Origin: Bacteriovoracaceae bacterium
Lineage (GTDB): Bacteria; Bdellovibrionota; Bacteriovoracia; Bacteriovoracales; Bacteriovoracaceae
Length of the DNA stretch: 64,000 bases
Direction of reading: 5' to 3'
NCBI GenBank assembly: GCA_048270185.1
Contig: JBLWTJ010000001.1
Location: 1,152,001-1,216,000, forward strand
A program made the position numbers and the translations under genes. Shown here in pieces: positions 38,476 to 49,361 of the stretch (within the stretch, counting starts at the first letter, position 1; every line of letters begins with the position of its first letter). The notes below the pieces were generated by a model. It made no database searches, had not been told where the DNA came from, and saw only the letters and a list, made by a program, of their open reading frames with translations.

Positions 38476-39798
38476 TTAGAAGTTTGTAATTAGTCTTGCG
38501 TAACCACCGTTAACTTTCTTCTCAACGTCTGCTCCAGCACCTAGAACTCCGTTAGAGTAAAGCTTATCGCGAGTTTGCATCATATAACCTAGAATAAGTC
38601 TCATATCGCTATTCATATCATATGAAGTAAAAAGGTGGTGACCAGTTGAAGCTGGAGTTGAGTAGAACCCCATTGCATCAACATCTGCTAGACCAATTTG
38701 GAATGCATAGTCGTCAGCTTTTAAGAACTCATATCCAACTTTTAGTTTTCCAAGAGTGTATCTTGCATCAACCATAATTACGTTACCGCTATTCTTTCCA
38801 TCTGTTCCATTAGTGAAAACACCAACATCAGATTGACCAAGGCCAGATAAAGCAATCTTACCTCTTGAATCAACAGTTGATCTCTTGAAAGTAAATCCAA
38901 GATCAAGTCCTGTATTAGCGACACCGTTTAGCTCTAAGTAAGCAACGAAGGCACTGTAGTCAAAGTTTAGATTAGAGATTGTTTGACCATTCGTAGGATT
39001 TACGAAGTCTAAGTAGAAATCATTAAATCCAACATACTGACCAATAAAATTTAGTCGATTTGTCCAACCAAGGTTTAGCTTTTCATAGTCAATCATTCCT
39101 GAGTACATTTGCTCAGTTGAACCTACTTTAAGTCCACCAGTTCCTAGGTATCGACTATCAATTGCTGTTCCAGCATTATTAACTTGATCTAGTGGAGTAT
39201 AAATAGCTCTTAAAGCTAGAGTTCCACCTAGAGCTTTTACACCGTAAGTAAGGGCCATACCATCAAGTTCAGCACCATATGCCAATTGAGGATAAGTTCC
39301 AGAACGAGCAGTCCCCTTTTGTAGGTGATATGAAGGTCCTTCAATTGTAGGAAGACGTCCAATAGTGAATGTTAGAGCATTACTTACTTTGTAATTGATA
39401 AATGCTCTTTCAACATACATCTCAGCACCAGACTTATCACGCCCAGCTGAACCAGAAGCCGTAACAGTTGAAGGTAGAGAGCTTGATCTTGTTGTGAAAT
39501 CATTGAAGTATTTAGACATCGCAAGACGTCCGTAAAAATCTAACTTATCACTTCTCTTTGAGTGCATATCAAATCTTGCCCATAGTGAGTATTGATCTTC
39601 ACTATAGTTTTGATTTTGAGTTGTATTTTCTACATCAAAGTAATCATAGCGAGCTTCTAACTCACCAGAGAATGTCCATGTATTTAAATCTCTTGATAGT
39701 TCTAGATCTTCCACTCTATCTTCAAGACTTGCACCGTAAGCTGTTGTTGAAAGTACTGCAAGTGCAATAATTGTTTTTTTCATAGTATTCATTTTCAT
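38476..39798 (-). CDS. outer-membrane beta-barrel, DUF3373-like
   Basis: Signal peptide, LEDRVEDLE coil, YGRLAMSKYF, YVERAFINY, IGRLPTIEGP, terminal Phe; ATG 39798 after AAGGAG. Confidence 0.75.
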   Translation of the reverse strand: MKMNTMKKTIIALAVLSTTAYGASLEDRVEDLELSRDLNTWTFSGELEARYDYFDVENTTQNQNYSEDQYSLWARFDMHSKRSDKLDFYGRLAMSKYFNDFTTRSSSLPSTVTASGSAGRDKSGAEMYVERAFINYKVSNALTFTIGRLPTIEGPSYHLQKGTARSGTYPQLAYGAELDGMALTYGVKALGGTLALRAIYTPLDQVNNAGTAIDSRYLGTGGLKVGSTEQMYSGMIDYEKLNLGWTNRLNFIGQYVGFNDFYLDFVNPTNGQTISNLNFDYSAFVAYLELNGVANTGLDLGFTFKRSTVDSRGKIALSGLGQSDVGVFTNGTDGKNSGNVIMVDARYTLGKLKVGYEFLKADDYAFQIGLADVDAMGFYSTPASTGHHLFTSYDMNSDMRLILGYMMQTRDKLYSNGVLGAGADVEKKVNGGYARLITNF

Positions 39799-39817
39799 TT
39801 TTTTCTCCTTAATTGAA

Positions 39818-40078
39818 TTAACCACCAATTGACGATGAAGCATCTTTACACTGAAGCGTACATCCATTACCAACATCTACCGTTGCACCAGAACAAGTCT
39901 TAAACTTGATAACATTTCCAGAACGACCAGGTGTGGCCATCCCTTCTGCATCTGCTTTTGATTTTTTACATTGTTTTACAACAGCATTAATGAAGTCATC
40001 CTTTGCACCAGCAAATGCAACAGGTGACAATAGTGAAATTCCTAATAGAAAAGGAATAATCCTTGTCATTCTCATCAT
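39818..40078 (-). CDS. small secreted 4-Cys protein
   Basis: Signal ending AFA, strong GGAGG RBS, 19 nt from the barrel gene; no CxxCH. Confidence 0.8.
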   Translation of the reverse strand: MMRMTRIIPFLLGISLLSPVAFAGAKDDFINAVVKQCKKSKADAEGMATPGRSGNVIKFKTCSGATVDVGNGCTLQCKDASSSIGG

Positions 40079-40238
40079 CTTCCTCCTTGAACGAGAATTG
40101 TTTATCCTAAACGAATGATTAATTCTTATCGAAAATGAAGAAAAAAGATAGAGGGTATCTAAAGATTTCCTAAAGAAAATCTATATAAATCCCTCTTTTT
40201 ACTGAAAATTAAACTAAATTTACTGTAAACGAATAGTT

Positions 40239-42332
40239 TTAAGATGCCTTTTTCTCAATTTCCTTCTTAGGCATCTCAAGAACCTGGCCCATTTTTGGCC
40301 CTGATGGTTTTTGCTTATTCCTCACGCTCACACCACCAATAATTTCATCTTGGAGTGTATCGAGAACGCTTTGAAGGTTTTGAGTTTCACGATTTAACTG
40401 CTCTGCATACTTAAGAGTCTTTGTTGCAATCTCAGTATTATCTTGAGCAACTTCTTGAAGTTGATTCATAGCACTTGAGATATTTGAAACACCTGACTCT
40501 TGCTCTGTTGTTGCCGAAGATATTTCATGCGACATGGCCGAAACATTTTTTACTCCTTCAACAATCTCACTAAGAGCGTCACTACATTCACTTGAAATTT
40601 TAATCCCTTCTTCGATCTTGATCTTAGATTGATCAATCATCGATTGAACAGATTCTTTATTTTCTTTTACGATTTTTTCAACATATGTCACTGATTGAGT
40701 AAGGATTGCATTGATTTCCTCAGAAGCCTTACCAGACATAGTTGCAAGGTTTCCTACTTCTTCTGCTACGACAGCAAAGCCTTTACCGTGCTCTCCAGCT
40801 CTTGCGGCTTCAACAGATGCGTTAAAAGAGAGAAGTTTTGTTTGGAAAACAATATCATTGATAACTTGAGTCTTATCATTAATTTCATTAATCAGATTTA
40901 CAATTTCAGAAATTTTCTGACTTCCTTCATTTGTCGTCATTAACACTTGCTCATTAGCTTCTTGAATATTCTTCATAGAAGAAACAACATCATTTACTTT
41001 ATTCTTTCCAGACATGGCAACATCTTCATTAGAGCGTGAGACATCAACTGATTGTGCAGCATTTTCTGCATTCATCTTCACCATACTTGATAGTTCATCT
41101 AGCGTTGAAGCCGTCTCATGAATAGCCTGCGCTTGAGTTGAAGATAAATCATTCACTCGGTGAGAAACACCATTTAACTCTTCGACAAATTTTAAAGTTG
41201 ATTTTGCTGAACCTTCCAAGCGAGAAACAACATCAGTTAGCTGAGAATATAATTTTTTAACCGTTACAAAAGATATCGCGCAACAGAAGATTAAAACAGC
41301 AGCTAGCGTTGCATAAAAGAGGTTTTGAAGACTAATAATTTCACCATAGGCTTGCTTCTCAGTCATACCAATAATTAATTTCCACCCCATCGCTTCGAGA
41401 AATTTCTTATTTTTAATTTTTCCAAATGAATAAAGGTAAGGAACTTCCTTATGTCCTAGAATATGACCATGAATAGAAGTTGTTAATTCTTCTTTATCAA
41501 ATTCCTTATTACCTTTTGTAAATATTTGTTTCTTCAAATTATATTCTTTGAAATCATGAAGTGGTTTTGTTTTACTCTCATAAGATTTATCATAAGAGCT
41601 AATTACTAAACCAGAGTCAGTAACTAAATGAATTTCAGAAGAGGACATACCGTTCTTATTTAGTACCTCATAAAGATTTTGCATCTCTTTTTCAAACCAA
41701 CGGCTTCCAACAAATGCACCTAGTACAGCTATAGGATCACCATACTCATCTTCGATCAAAGTCGAAAAGTATTGTCCCATTTTATCCGTTCCATAAACAC
41801 TTGAAAGTAACTTACTGTGTTCAACTTCACCAACATAGGCTCCAAAAATTTTCTTATCATAATTTTCAACATACTTACCTTTTGAAGTTTGTTGAAACCA
41901 TGTATCATTTTTAAAGTTATGTGATTTTACAAAGCTATTGTTTAATTTCTTTCCTGCACCATCAATCTCAGAGTGAGCGATAAGCTTTCCATCAAGTCCC
42001 ACTAGGAAAATCATGTCTGTATCAGGATATAGAGTGACGAGCTCATTTAATAAGAATGTCGATGCCTCAACATTCTTTTCTTTTAAATCTTTATTGCGAG
42101 CAAATGACTGAATATTATTATACTTAGTATAAAATAGCTCTGATACCGCATTTGTTAGATTGTTGTAATAAAGAACAAAACCATCTCTCTTGCTAGCTTT
42201 CTGATCCTCTATCCCCTTTTGAAAAGGAATAAAAACCGCCGTCGTTATAAAGAGTACCATTCCAATAGAAATGAAATATAGCTTCTCTTTTAGACCGATA
42301 GAAAACTTTGAAAGGAATTTTGGTTTGTTCAT
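40239..42332 (-). CDS. methyl-accepting chemotaxis protein
   Basis: Two TM with large periplasmic domain; [30 protein letters not shown]. Confidence 0.96.
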   Translation of the reverse strand: MNKPKFLSKFSIGLKEKLYFISIGMVLFITTAVFIPFQKGIEDQKASKRDGFVLYYNNLTNAVSELFYTKYNNIQSFARNKDLKEKNVEASTFLLNELVTLYPDTDMIFLVGLDGKLIAHSEIDGAGKKLNNSFVKSHNFKNDTWFQQTSKGKYVENYDKKIFGAYVGEVEHSKLLSSVYGTDKMGQYFSTLIEDEYGDPIAVLGAFVGSRWFEKEMQNLYEVLNKNGMSSSEIHLVTDSGLVISSYDKSYESKTKPLHDFKEYNLKKQIFTKGNKEFDKEELTTSIHGHILGHKEVPYLYSFGKIKNKKFLEAMGWKLIIGMTEKQAYGEIISLQNLFYATLAAVLIFCCAISFVTVKKLYSQLTDVVSRLEGSAKSTLKFVEELNGVSHRVNDLSSTQAQAIHETASTLDELSSMVKMNAENAAQSVDVSRSNEDVAMSGKNKVNDVVSSMKNIQEANEQVLMTTNEGSQKISEIVNLINEINDKTQVINDIVFQTKLLSFNASVEAARAGEHGKGFAVVAEEVGNLATMSGKASEEINAILTQSVTYVEKIVKENKESVQSMIDQSKIKIEEGIKISSECSDALSEIVEGVKNVSAMSHEISSATTEQESGVSNISSAMNQLQEVAQDNTEIATKTLKYAEQLNRETQNLQSVLDTLQDEIIGGVSVRNKQKPSGPKMGQVLEMPKKEIEKKAS

Positions 42333-42367
42333 CGATAAATCTCCAAATTTAATCTGATTTGAACAAT

Positions 42368-42395
42368 TGATCGGAGTAGTACTAAATAAACTTTA
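42368..42395 (-). promoter_or_regulatory. sigma28 (FliA)-type promoter of the MCP
   Basis: TAAAGTTT-N12-TCCGATCA on the minus strand. Confidence 0.7.
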
Positions 42396-42476
42396 GGATT
42401 TCTTTAGCTAAGATAAGCAAATAGCTAAAAACTCGAAATACTTTCTATTGCTTAACTGTATTTTATTGAGATGAAT

Positions 42477-42504
42477 AAAAAAGGCCAGACATATAAGTCT
42501 GGCC
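42477..42504 (-). terminator. intrinsic terminator of clpX
   Basis: A-run then GGCCAGAC-ATATAA-GTCTGGCC. Confidence 0.85.
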
Positions 42505-42530
42505 AATTTATTTAGAAATTTATTTAAGTA

Positions 42531-43838
42531 TTAAGCTGATTCGATATCTTTCTTAGCTTCCAGAGAAGTTCCACCAATTGCTTTATGCTCTTTACGTGGT
42601 CCCTCTTCAACTCTTGGAGACTCTGTTCCTTTAATTGAAGCTTCAGTGATAATAACTTTATTAGCTTTATCATTTGCTGGAACATCATACATTACTTCAA
42701 GCATTGTCTGCTCGATAATTGCGCGAAGTCCACGGGCCCCAGTCTTTCTAGTCAGTGCAGTTTGTGCAATGGCCTTAAGAGCAGACTCTTCAAACTCAAG
42801 CTCAATACCATCGAACTCAAAAAGCTTTTGATATTGTTTTGTAATCGCATTCTTTGGTTCAGTTAGAATTGAAACAAGCGCTGCTTCATCTAGCTCTTCA
42901 AGAAGTGCATTTACAGGAAGACGTCCAATAAACTCTGGAATTAGACCAAACTTAGTTAAGTCTTCTGCTTCGATACCACCAAGCTTTTGAATTACTGATT
43001 CTTCAGCTTCTTCAGTCTTAGTGACAAGTCCCATTGGTCTCTTCGTCATACGTTTTTCGATAATTTTATCAAGTCCTACGAAAGCTCCTGCAACAACGAA
43101 AAGGATATTCTTAGTATTTACTTGAATAAACTCTTGTTGCGGATGCTTACGTCCGCCCTTAGGAGGAACAGAAGCGACAGTACCTTCAACGAGTTTTAGA
43201 AGTGCCTGTTGAACACCTTCACCAGAAACATCTCTTGTAATTGACGGGTTCTCAGATTTACGTGCAATCTTATCAATCTCGTCAATATAAACGATACCAC
43301 GCTCAGCTCTTTCAACATCGTAGTCACATGCTTGAAGAAGATTAAGAATAATATTCTCAACATCTTCCCCTACGTAACCAGCTTCAGTAAGTGATGTAGC
43401 ATCAGCAATTGCGAAAGGAACGTTTAGAAACTTCGCAAGAGATTGAGCGATAAGAGTCTTCCCAGAACCTGTTGGTCCAGCAAGAAGAATATTTGATTTT
43501 GCTAATTCAACAGCATCATCTTTTCTCTTTGTATCACCGTGAGCAATTCTCTTGTAGTGATTATGAACAGCAACCGAGATAATTTTCTTTGCTCTGTCTT
43601 GACCAATTACATACTGATCGAGGTGAAGCTTAATCTCGTGTGGCTTTGGAACATTATCAAGAGCCGCTTTTGAGACTGATTTAACTGTGTCTTCATAAAT
43701 AATTTCATTACACAGCTCAATACACTCATCACAAATGTAGACGCCTGGCCCTGCAATCAACTTCTTAACTTCTTTTTGAGACTTTCCACAGAAGTTACAA
43801 GAGAGTGCACTATTGTATGATCCGTCTTTTTTAGTCAT
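42531..43838 (-). CDS. clpX: ATP-dependent Clp protease ATP-binding subunit
   Basis: [13 protein letters not shown] Zn finger, [39 protein letters not shown]. Confidence 0.98.
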   Translation of the reverse strand: MTKKDGSYNSALSCNFCGKSQKEVKKLIAGPGVYICDECIELCNEIIYEDTVKSVSKAALDNVPKPHEIKLHLDQYVIGQDRAKKIISVAVHNHYKRIAHGDTKRKDDAVELAKSNILLAGPTGSGKTLIAQSLAKFLNVPFAIADATSLTEAGYVGEDVENIILNLLQACDYDVERAERGIVYIDEIDKIARKSENPSITRDVSGEGVQQALLKLVEGTVASVPPKGGRKHPQQEFIQVNTKNILFVVAGAFVGLDKIIEKRMTKRPMGLVTKTEEAEESVIQKLGGIEAEDLTKFGLIPEFIGRLPVNALLEELDEAALVSILTEPKNAITKQYQKLFEFDGIELEFEESALKAIAQTALTRKTGARGLRAIIEQTMLEVMYDVPANDKANKVIITEASIKGTESPRVEEGPRKEHKAIGGTSLEAKKDIESA

Positions 43839-43878
43839 TAATTATCCTTTCGTTTTCGATCTAAAAATCAATTATATA

Positions 43879-44490
43879 TTACTTCTTATTAGATTCAATT
43901 ACACCATCAATAATACCTAGTTCAATTGCTGCCTGTGGTGATAAATAGTTGTCACGATCAGTCGCCTGTACGATTTTTTCCATCGTCATGTCTACACTAG
44001 AGTGCTTAATGTAGATACCATTAAGTTGATCTTTTAGTGTTTGTATTTCATTTGCTTGAATCTGAATATCAGAACACTGACCTTGCGCTCCACCTAGTGG
44101 TTGGTGAATCATAATACGTGAGTGTGGGAGACTATAACGGTGCCCCTTCTCTCCAGCAGTAAGAAGAAGAGATCCCATTGATGCAGCAAGACCAACACAG
44201 TATGTATAAACTGGGCAAGAAACGTGTTGCATAATATCGTAAATACCAAGGCCAGCGTAAACGCTTCCCCCTGGTGAATTGATATAAAAGTGGATTGGAT
44301 CCTCTGGGTTACTCTGCTCTAAGAACATCATCTGAGCAATAAGTAGGTTGGCAACAGTGTCATTTACCTGTGTCCCTAGGAATACGATTCGATCAAGAAG
44401 TAGTCTTGAATAAATGTCGTATTGTCTCTCCCCTCTTGCTGTTTGTTCAATAACAATTGGGTTAGGAATATGTGCCTTTGGATCTGTCAT
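43879..44490 (-). CDS. clpP: ATP-dependent Clp protease proteolytic subunit
   Basis: [29 protein letters not shown]. Confidence 0.98.
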   Translation of the reverse strand: MTDPKAHIPNPIVIEQTARGERQYDIYSRLLLDRIVFLGTQVNDTVANLLIAQMMFLEQSNPEDPIHFYINSPGGSVYAGLGIYDIMQHVSCPVYTYCVGLAASMGSLLLTAGEKGHRYSLPHSRIMIHQPLGGAQGQCSDIQIQANEIQTLKDQLNGIYIKHSSVDMTMEKIVQATDRDNYLSPQAAIELGIIDGVIESNKK

Positions 44491-44745
44491 TTTTTCTCCC
44501 TAGAAATGATTTTGGACTCTTTTCCAATTAATTTGTCTATTGCATTCAACATTTCGGTGAGATGAGAGATTTTCTTTAGATAAAAGTTTGTAAGGAATTG
44601 AAAAGATTTATGGACTAAGCAATTGAAATTATTTACCAAATATTTAATTGAAATATCGTTTTTAACATCACTAGTCTTGCACATCTCCTAGTTAAGTTGT
44701 TTAATTTTAGCGCTATTAAAACCTACAAAAAGACAGGAGTATTAA

Positions 44746-45348
44746 ATGAGTGAATCAAATTACCCAACGACATTAGTTTCTCAACCAGCGCCAGAATTCA
44801 AAGGTAATGCTGTTGTTAACGGTGAAATCAAAGAAATTTCACTTTCAGATTTTAAAGGAAAATGGAAAGTTTTATTCTTCTACCCACTAGATTTCACATT
44901 TGTATGTCCTACAGAGATCACTGCATTTTCAGATAAGATTCAACTTTTTAAAGACCTTAACTGTGAAATTATCGCTTGTTCTGTTGACTCAGCTTTCTCT
45001 CACCTAGCTTGGACGAAGCAACCAAGAAATGCGGGTGGACTTGGTGAAATTAACTTCCCAATTCTTGAAGACCTAACTAAAGAAGTTGCAAGATCTTACG
45101 GTGCTCTTATGCCAGCAGGTGATGTTGCATTTAGAGCAACTTATATTATCGATGACAATAATATCGTTCAACACGCTTCAATCAACAACCTATCAGTTGG
45201 TCGTAGTGTTGAAGAAGTTGCAAGACTTGTTGATGGTTACCAATATACAGCTAAGCACGGAGAAGTTTGTCCGGCCGGTTGGACTAAAGGTGCAGATACA
45301 ATGAAACCAGATCCAACAGGATCACAAGAATACTTCAATAAGCTATAA
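44746..45348 (+). CDS. ahpC: 2-Cys peroxiredoxin (AhpC/TSA)
   Basis: FFYPLDFTFVCPTE and GEVCPAGW. Confidence 0.95.
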   Translation: MSESNYPTTLVSQPAPEFKGNAVVNGEIKEISLSDFKGKWKVLFFYPLDFTFVCPTEITAFSDKIQLFKDLNCEIIACSVDSAFSHLAWTKQPRNAGGLGEINFPILEDLTKEVARSYGALMPAGDVAFRATYIIDDNNIVQHASINNLSVGRSVEEVARLVDGYQYTAKHGEVCPAGWTKGADTMKPDPTGSQEYFNKL

Positions 45349-45360
45349 TTGATTGTATAT

Positions 45361-45389
45361 GAAGGCCCTCAGAAGTGAGGGCCTTTCTT
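45361..45389. terminator. terminator after peroxiredoxin
   Basis: GAAGGCCCTC-AGAAGT-GAGGGCCTTTCTT. Confidence 0.75.
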
Positions 45390-46123
45390 TAATAGTAAAA
45401 ACCTAAGCCAAATCCGAATCGATTAATTCTTAACTCACGACTCCCATTACTTAAGACATTTCTCTTCGCAAAAAAATGATACCAAGTATTCTCGCTATAC
45501 TTTTGTTCATAGTGAAGATGATAGCGCTGACCACTGAGACCTAATTGGTTTATTAGAGATTGTGAGGCACTTAATTTTAGAACAAATGGAGTGACAAGCT
45601 TTTGAGCAAAACAAAGCCCTAGAGTCGCATATGTAATTCGCTCACGACTAAGCTCGATTTCATTGCTTAGAATAGCACTTGGAGCGCTATATAGATTGAA
45701 AGACTCATAATCTAGCCCGCCAAAAAATCCCGTAACATTTCGATAAGTATATGACTTATGTAGATATAAACTACCAGCGAATTCTGGATCGAGTTTCATA
45801 TTATTAGAGAAGGTACTTCCTCCTGCATCCTCAAAATCAGAAGAAACCATATATGAAATACTCCCAATGGCCACAACTGCAGTTTTTTCAAATGAATCGG
45901 GAAAATAAGAAATCCCTGCATTAAGAGTCATCGGTGAGTTAGTTTCAGTGCTTGTTTTTGTATTGGCATCTTTATCAGTTACGATTCCCAAAGAAGCAGC
46001 TGTTTGAATAAAGTAATTTGAATTACTTCCTGAATTCTTTAAGAAGTAGTCTAAGTTCTTTCCATAGACTTGATTCATATTAAGACTGATTAATGTAAGT
46101 AGGATTGACCTGAGTATCTTCAC
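45389..46123 (-). CDS. hypothetical outer-membrane beta-barrel protein
   Basis: Signal-like N-terminus, alternating beta pattern, ends FGFGLGFYY. Confidence 0.65.
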   Translation of the reverse strand: MKILRSILLTLISLNMNQVYGKNLDYFLKNSGSNSNYFIQTAASLGIVTDKDANTKTSTETNSPMTLNAGISYFPDSFEKTAVVAIGSISYMVSSDFEDAGGSTFSNNMKLDPEFAGSLYLHKSYTYRNVTGFFGGLDYESFNLYSAPSAILSNEIELSRERITYATLGLCFAQKLVTPFVLKLSASQSLINQLGLSGQRYHLHYEQKYSENTWYHFFAKRNVLSNGSRELRINRFGFGLGFYY

Positions 46124-46238
46124 ATGCCCATAGTAACAAAAATTATCTCTAAAATAGAGAGCGGTAAATTCATCTCATAAACAGATGCGCTTTAACGTAT
46201 TTTGAGATATTCTTTTAGTATTTTACACAGGAGAAAAA

Positions 46239-46850
46239 ATGGAATTCTTTGAACAGATCATGCTCTATATTAATACTCACGTGCACGTAGCGCCTTATAT
46301 AATTTTTGGACTTCTACTCTTGGCCGGATTTAATATCCCTGTTTCTGAAGATCTAATGCTTTTTACATCGGCTATTTTAGCGGCAAAGAACCCTGAATAC
46401 CTCTACCCGCTTTTTTTCGCAGTCTTCCTTGGAGCCTATCTTTCTGACCTTATCTGCTATGGATTCATTGGACGTTATTTAGGCCCTAAGATTTTTGGTA
46501 TCAAGTTCTTTGCTTCCATGGTTACACCTGAGCGCCTAGATACGGTTAATCAATTCTTTAAAAAGTACGGAGTGTTCACTTTAATCTTTGGTCGATTTGT
46601 CCCATTTGGCTTTAGAAATGCACTCTTCCTTTCTGCAGGTCTTGGGAAAATGAATGCCTGGCGCTTTGCTATCAGTGACCTCGTTGCGGCCACAATCTCA
46701 TGCGTTGTCTACTTTACGATCTATTACAAGTACGGCGAGGTTGCCATTGAGTATATTAAAAAGAGCAATTATGTTATTGGTGCAGTCGCTGCTGTCGTAA
46801 TTACAATTGCCATCATCAAGAAACTCAAAAAAGAAAAGGTAACTAGCTAA
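46239..46850 (+). CDS. DedA family membrane protein
   Basis: IPVSEDL, GAYLSD, FFKKYG, GRFVP..R. Confidence 0.93.
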   Translation: MEFFEQIMLYINTHVHVAPYIIFGLLLLAGFNIPVSEDLMLFTSAILAAKNPEYLYPLFFAVFLGAYLSDLICYGFIGRYLGPKIFGIKFFASMVTPERLDTVNQFFKKYGVFTLIFGRFVPFGFRNALFLSAGLGKMNAWRFAISDLVAATISCVVYFTIYYKYGEVAIEYIKKSNYVIGAVAAVVITIAIIKKLKKEKVTS

Positions 46851-46942
46851 AATCACATAAGCTAGAAAAAATTACAAGGCCCGGCGATTCCAGTTTACAG
46901 CGCGGGCCTCTTACTCCATAATCCGATTCATTCACAAAAGAT

Positions 46943-47296
46943 GTGAAAATAAATGAACAGATTACACTTACGGAGTATAACCAAATGCTTAATTCATTCA
47001 CACAAGATAAAATCGTAAACTTCAACACTTTCAAGGCCCTTAAGTCTCAAAGATGTGAGAGTGCCGTGGCACGTGATTATTTTTCGAAGTTGGATTTTTC
47101 TGCACTCATTAATGAAACTAATACTCTAGTAGCTGAAATCAATAATGAAAATTCTATTGGTAATGACCTTCTAGTGAAAGTTGATCAACTAACTGCTGAG
47201 TTCAAAAGCCGTATTCTTGATAATGAATCTCCAATTGATAAGTATCTTTTGGCGACAATCAAAGATTTAAAATACTCGATTAAAGCAAAGCTTTAA
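46943..47296 (+). CDS. hypothetical protein
   Basis: 117-aa ORF filling the intergenic gap, followed by a terminator. Confidence 0.55.
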   Translation: MKINEQITLTEYNQMLNSFTQDKIVNFNTFKALKSQRCESAVARDYFSKLDFSALINETNTLVAEINNENSIGNDLLVKVDQLTAEFKSRILDNESPIDKYLLATIKDLKYSIKAKL

Positions 47297-47330
47297 GCTT
47301 TGTTCGTTAATATCCTTCTCTTTAATATAT

Positions 47331-47359
47331 TAGGCCAGTCATTGACTGGCCTTTTATTT
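47331..47359. terminator. terminator between convergent genes
   Basis: AGGCCAGTC-ATT-GACTGGCCT followed by T-rich tail. Confidence 0.75.
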
Positions 47360-47923
47360 CTACAATGATTCTAATGATTGATAGTCATGTAATACTTTAG
47401 CGCGAAGAAGTGGTAGCTTCATTTCAGAGTCATAGCCTAAGAGTGCCGCCGTCTTTCTTAGATGAACTATATTCCCATTCTTCTTAGATGAATTTTCAAA
47501 TTGCGTTAGTAGATAGATCATATTCTTTGAGAATGTTTGCACATAAGATCTAATTAAGGCCATATTACCAGAGCTAACGTGAGAGAAACTTGCACCAATT
47601 GAAGGCAAAAGAATTTTTTCAACTTCAGAAAGACCTTCAAAAGAACGAACAATATCCACTTCACAGCGAATGACTTCAATTTCAAATGCACTATGATCAA
47701 TACTAATTAATTTTTGAGAACTAATTTTTGAAAACTCAGGGTACTGTATAAGTGAAACCATCGTATGGAAGCGTGTTGCCGTTGGCACACGCCCCATATC
47801 AGTAATTAACATTCCACCTTCAGAGATATTTGAACAACGCCCTTTCAGAACAAAATCATCGCAAAGATAGAGCATTTCTTGGTTTACTGGTGCTCTTAAA
47901 TATTGGCGATTTGCTCTCGACAC
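47360..47923 (-). CDS. PilZ domain protein (c-di-GMP receptor)
   Basis: RxxxR (RQYLR) and D/NxSxxG (NISEGG). Confidence 0.85.
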   Translation of the reverse strand: MSRANRQYLRAPVNQEMLYLCDDFVLKGRCSNISEGGMLITDMGRVPTATRFHTMVSLIQYPEFSKISSQKLISIDHSAFEIEVIRCEVDIVRSFEGLSEVEKILLPSIGASFSHVSSGNMALIRSYVQTFSKNMIYLLTQFENSSKKNGNIVHLRKTAALLGYDSEMKLPLLRAKVLHDYQSLESL

Positions 47924-47934
47924 TAGTCAATTCC

Positions 47935-49260
47935 CTAAAGTAATTTCGACGCTGTTTCAGAAAGCGCAGAACGCTCACCAACAGTCAGTCTTGCGTGAGA
48001 AATAATATCTTCAGTCTTAAGTCTTTCAACAACATAGCTTAAACCGTTGTTGATTTCATCAAGATAAGGGCTATCAATCTGCTGAGGATCACCAGTTAGG
48101 ATAATCTTCGTCCCCTCTCCAGCACGAGTAACAATTGTTTTTACTTCGTGTGGTGATAAGTTTTGAGCCTCATCAACGATTAGGTACTGGCCAGGAATCG
48201 AGCGACCACGAATATAAGTAAGTGGCTCAATATGAAGAAGTCCATGATCCATCAGATCAACGTATGAAGATGAAGTACCTGCTCTTCTTTGATCGAATAG
48301 GAAGTCCATATTATCAAAGATCGGTTGCATCCAAGGACCTAATTTATCATTAACGTCACCAGGTAAATAACCAAGGTCTTTCCCCATTGGTTGAATTGGA
48401 CGAGAAACGAGTAGTCTTGAATACTTTTCTTGATTAATTGTCATCTCAAGTCCAGCAGCAATAGCAAGAAGAGTCTTACCTGTACCGGCCTTACCAACAA
48501 GTGATACTAGTTTGATATCATCATTTAAAAGAGCATCCAGAGCAAATTGTTGTTCCATATTCTTTGGATAGATTCCCCAAACACCTTCTCTCATTGGAAT
48601 AAGTGGAACGATACCTAATTTAGATTTAGAGAAACGTCCAAGAAGTCTTCTGCGATCATTTCCTTCTTCGTGAACAACTAGGTATTCATTTGGAAAAATC
48701 TCTAGCTCTTCCCAATTCTCTAATTGTAGGAAGCGATTCTTTTCGTACTCTTCTAATTTATCTTTTGGAAGCGGAAGGAAGCGATAGCCTGAGTAAATTT
48801 CATCAAGCTTAATATCCTTCATTCCATAATCTTCAGCATTAATTCCTAAGATATCCGATTTGATTCTTAAGTTAATATCTTTTGTGATTAGAATAACATC
48901 TTCACCCTGTTCCTTTAGGAAGATTGCAGATGCTAGGATTAGGTTATCATTGATTGTTAAATCAATTGTATCGTTTTGATTCTCAACAACTTTATCAACA
49001 GAGATGATTAGTGTTCCACCATTATCTAGTTCAACACCATCCATGAGTGAGCCCTTCTTACGAAGGTCATCAATGATTCTAGAAAAGTAACGAGCATTAC
49101 GTCCATTCTCATTCTGGTCTTTCTTAAATCTGTCGACTTCCTCCACAACAACGAGTGGAATGAAAACATCATTAGGGCCGAATTTGTTAATTGCGTTGGG
49201 ATCAAATAGTAATACGTTAGTATCAAGAACAAAGGTTTTTCTAGTCAAAATGCCCTCCAT
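47935..49260 (-). CDS. phoH: PIN-PhoH (PhoH2-like) protein
   Basis: PIN VLDTNVLL...TKDINLR; GKAGTGKT, LGYLPG, YIRGRS, DEAQN, GDPQQID. Confidence 0.93.
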   Translation of the reverse strand: MEGILTRKTFVLDTNVLLFDPNAINKFGPNDVFIPLVVVEEVDRFKKDQNENGRNARYFSRIIDDLRKKGSLMDGVELDNGGTLIISVDKVVENQNDTIDLTINDNLILASAIFLKEQGEDVILITKDINLRIKSDILGINAEDYGMKDIKLDEIYSGYRFLPLPKDKLEEYEKNRFLQLENWEELEIFPNEYLVVHEEGNDRRRLLGRFSKSKLGIVPLIPMREGVWGIYPKNMEQQFALDALLNDDIKLVSLVGKAGTGKTLLAIAAGLEMTINQEKYSRLLVSRPIQPMGKDLGYLPGDVNDKLGPWMQPIFDNMDFLFDQRRAGTSSSYVDLMDHGLLHIEPLTYIRGRSIPGQYLIVDEAQNLSPHEVKTIVTRAGEGTKIILTGDPQQIDSPYLDEINNGLSYVVERLKTEDIISHARLTVGERSALSETASKLL

Positions 49261-49361
49261 GACATTTGGGTATAAGGAGGAATCCTCTTTATTAAATTTT
49301 AAGTGATGGTAAAAAGAACTGTCAAAGGAAAACGGGTATTTGCGGGTGCGTCAATTGGCCT

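Noticed and set aside
39818..40078. Cytochrome c partner of the barrel
   Set aside because: Four Cys but no CxxCH motif.
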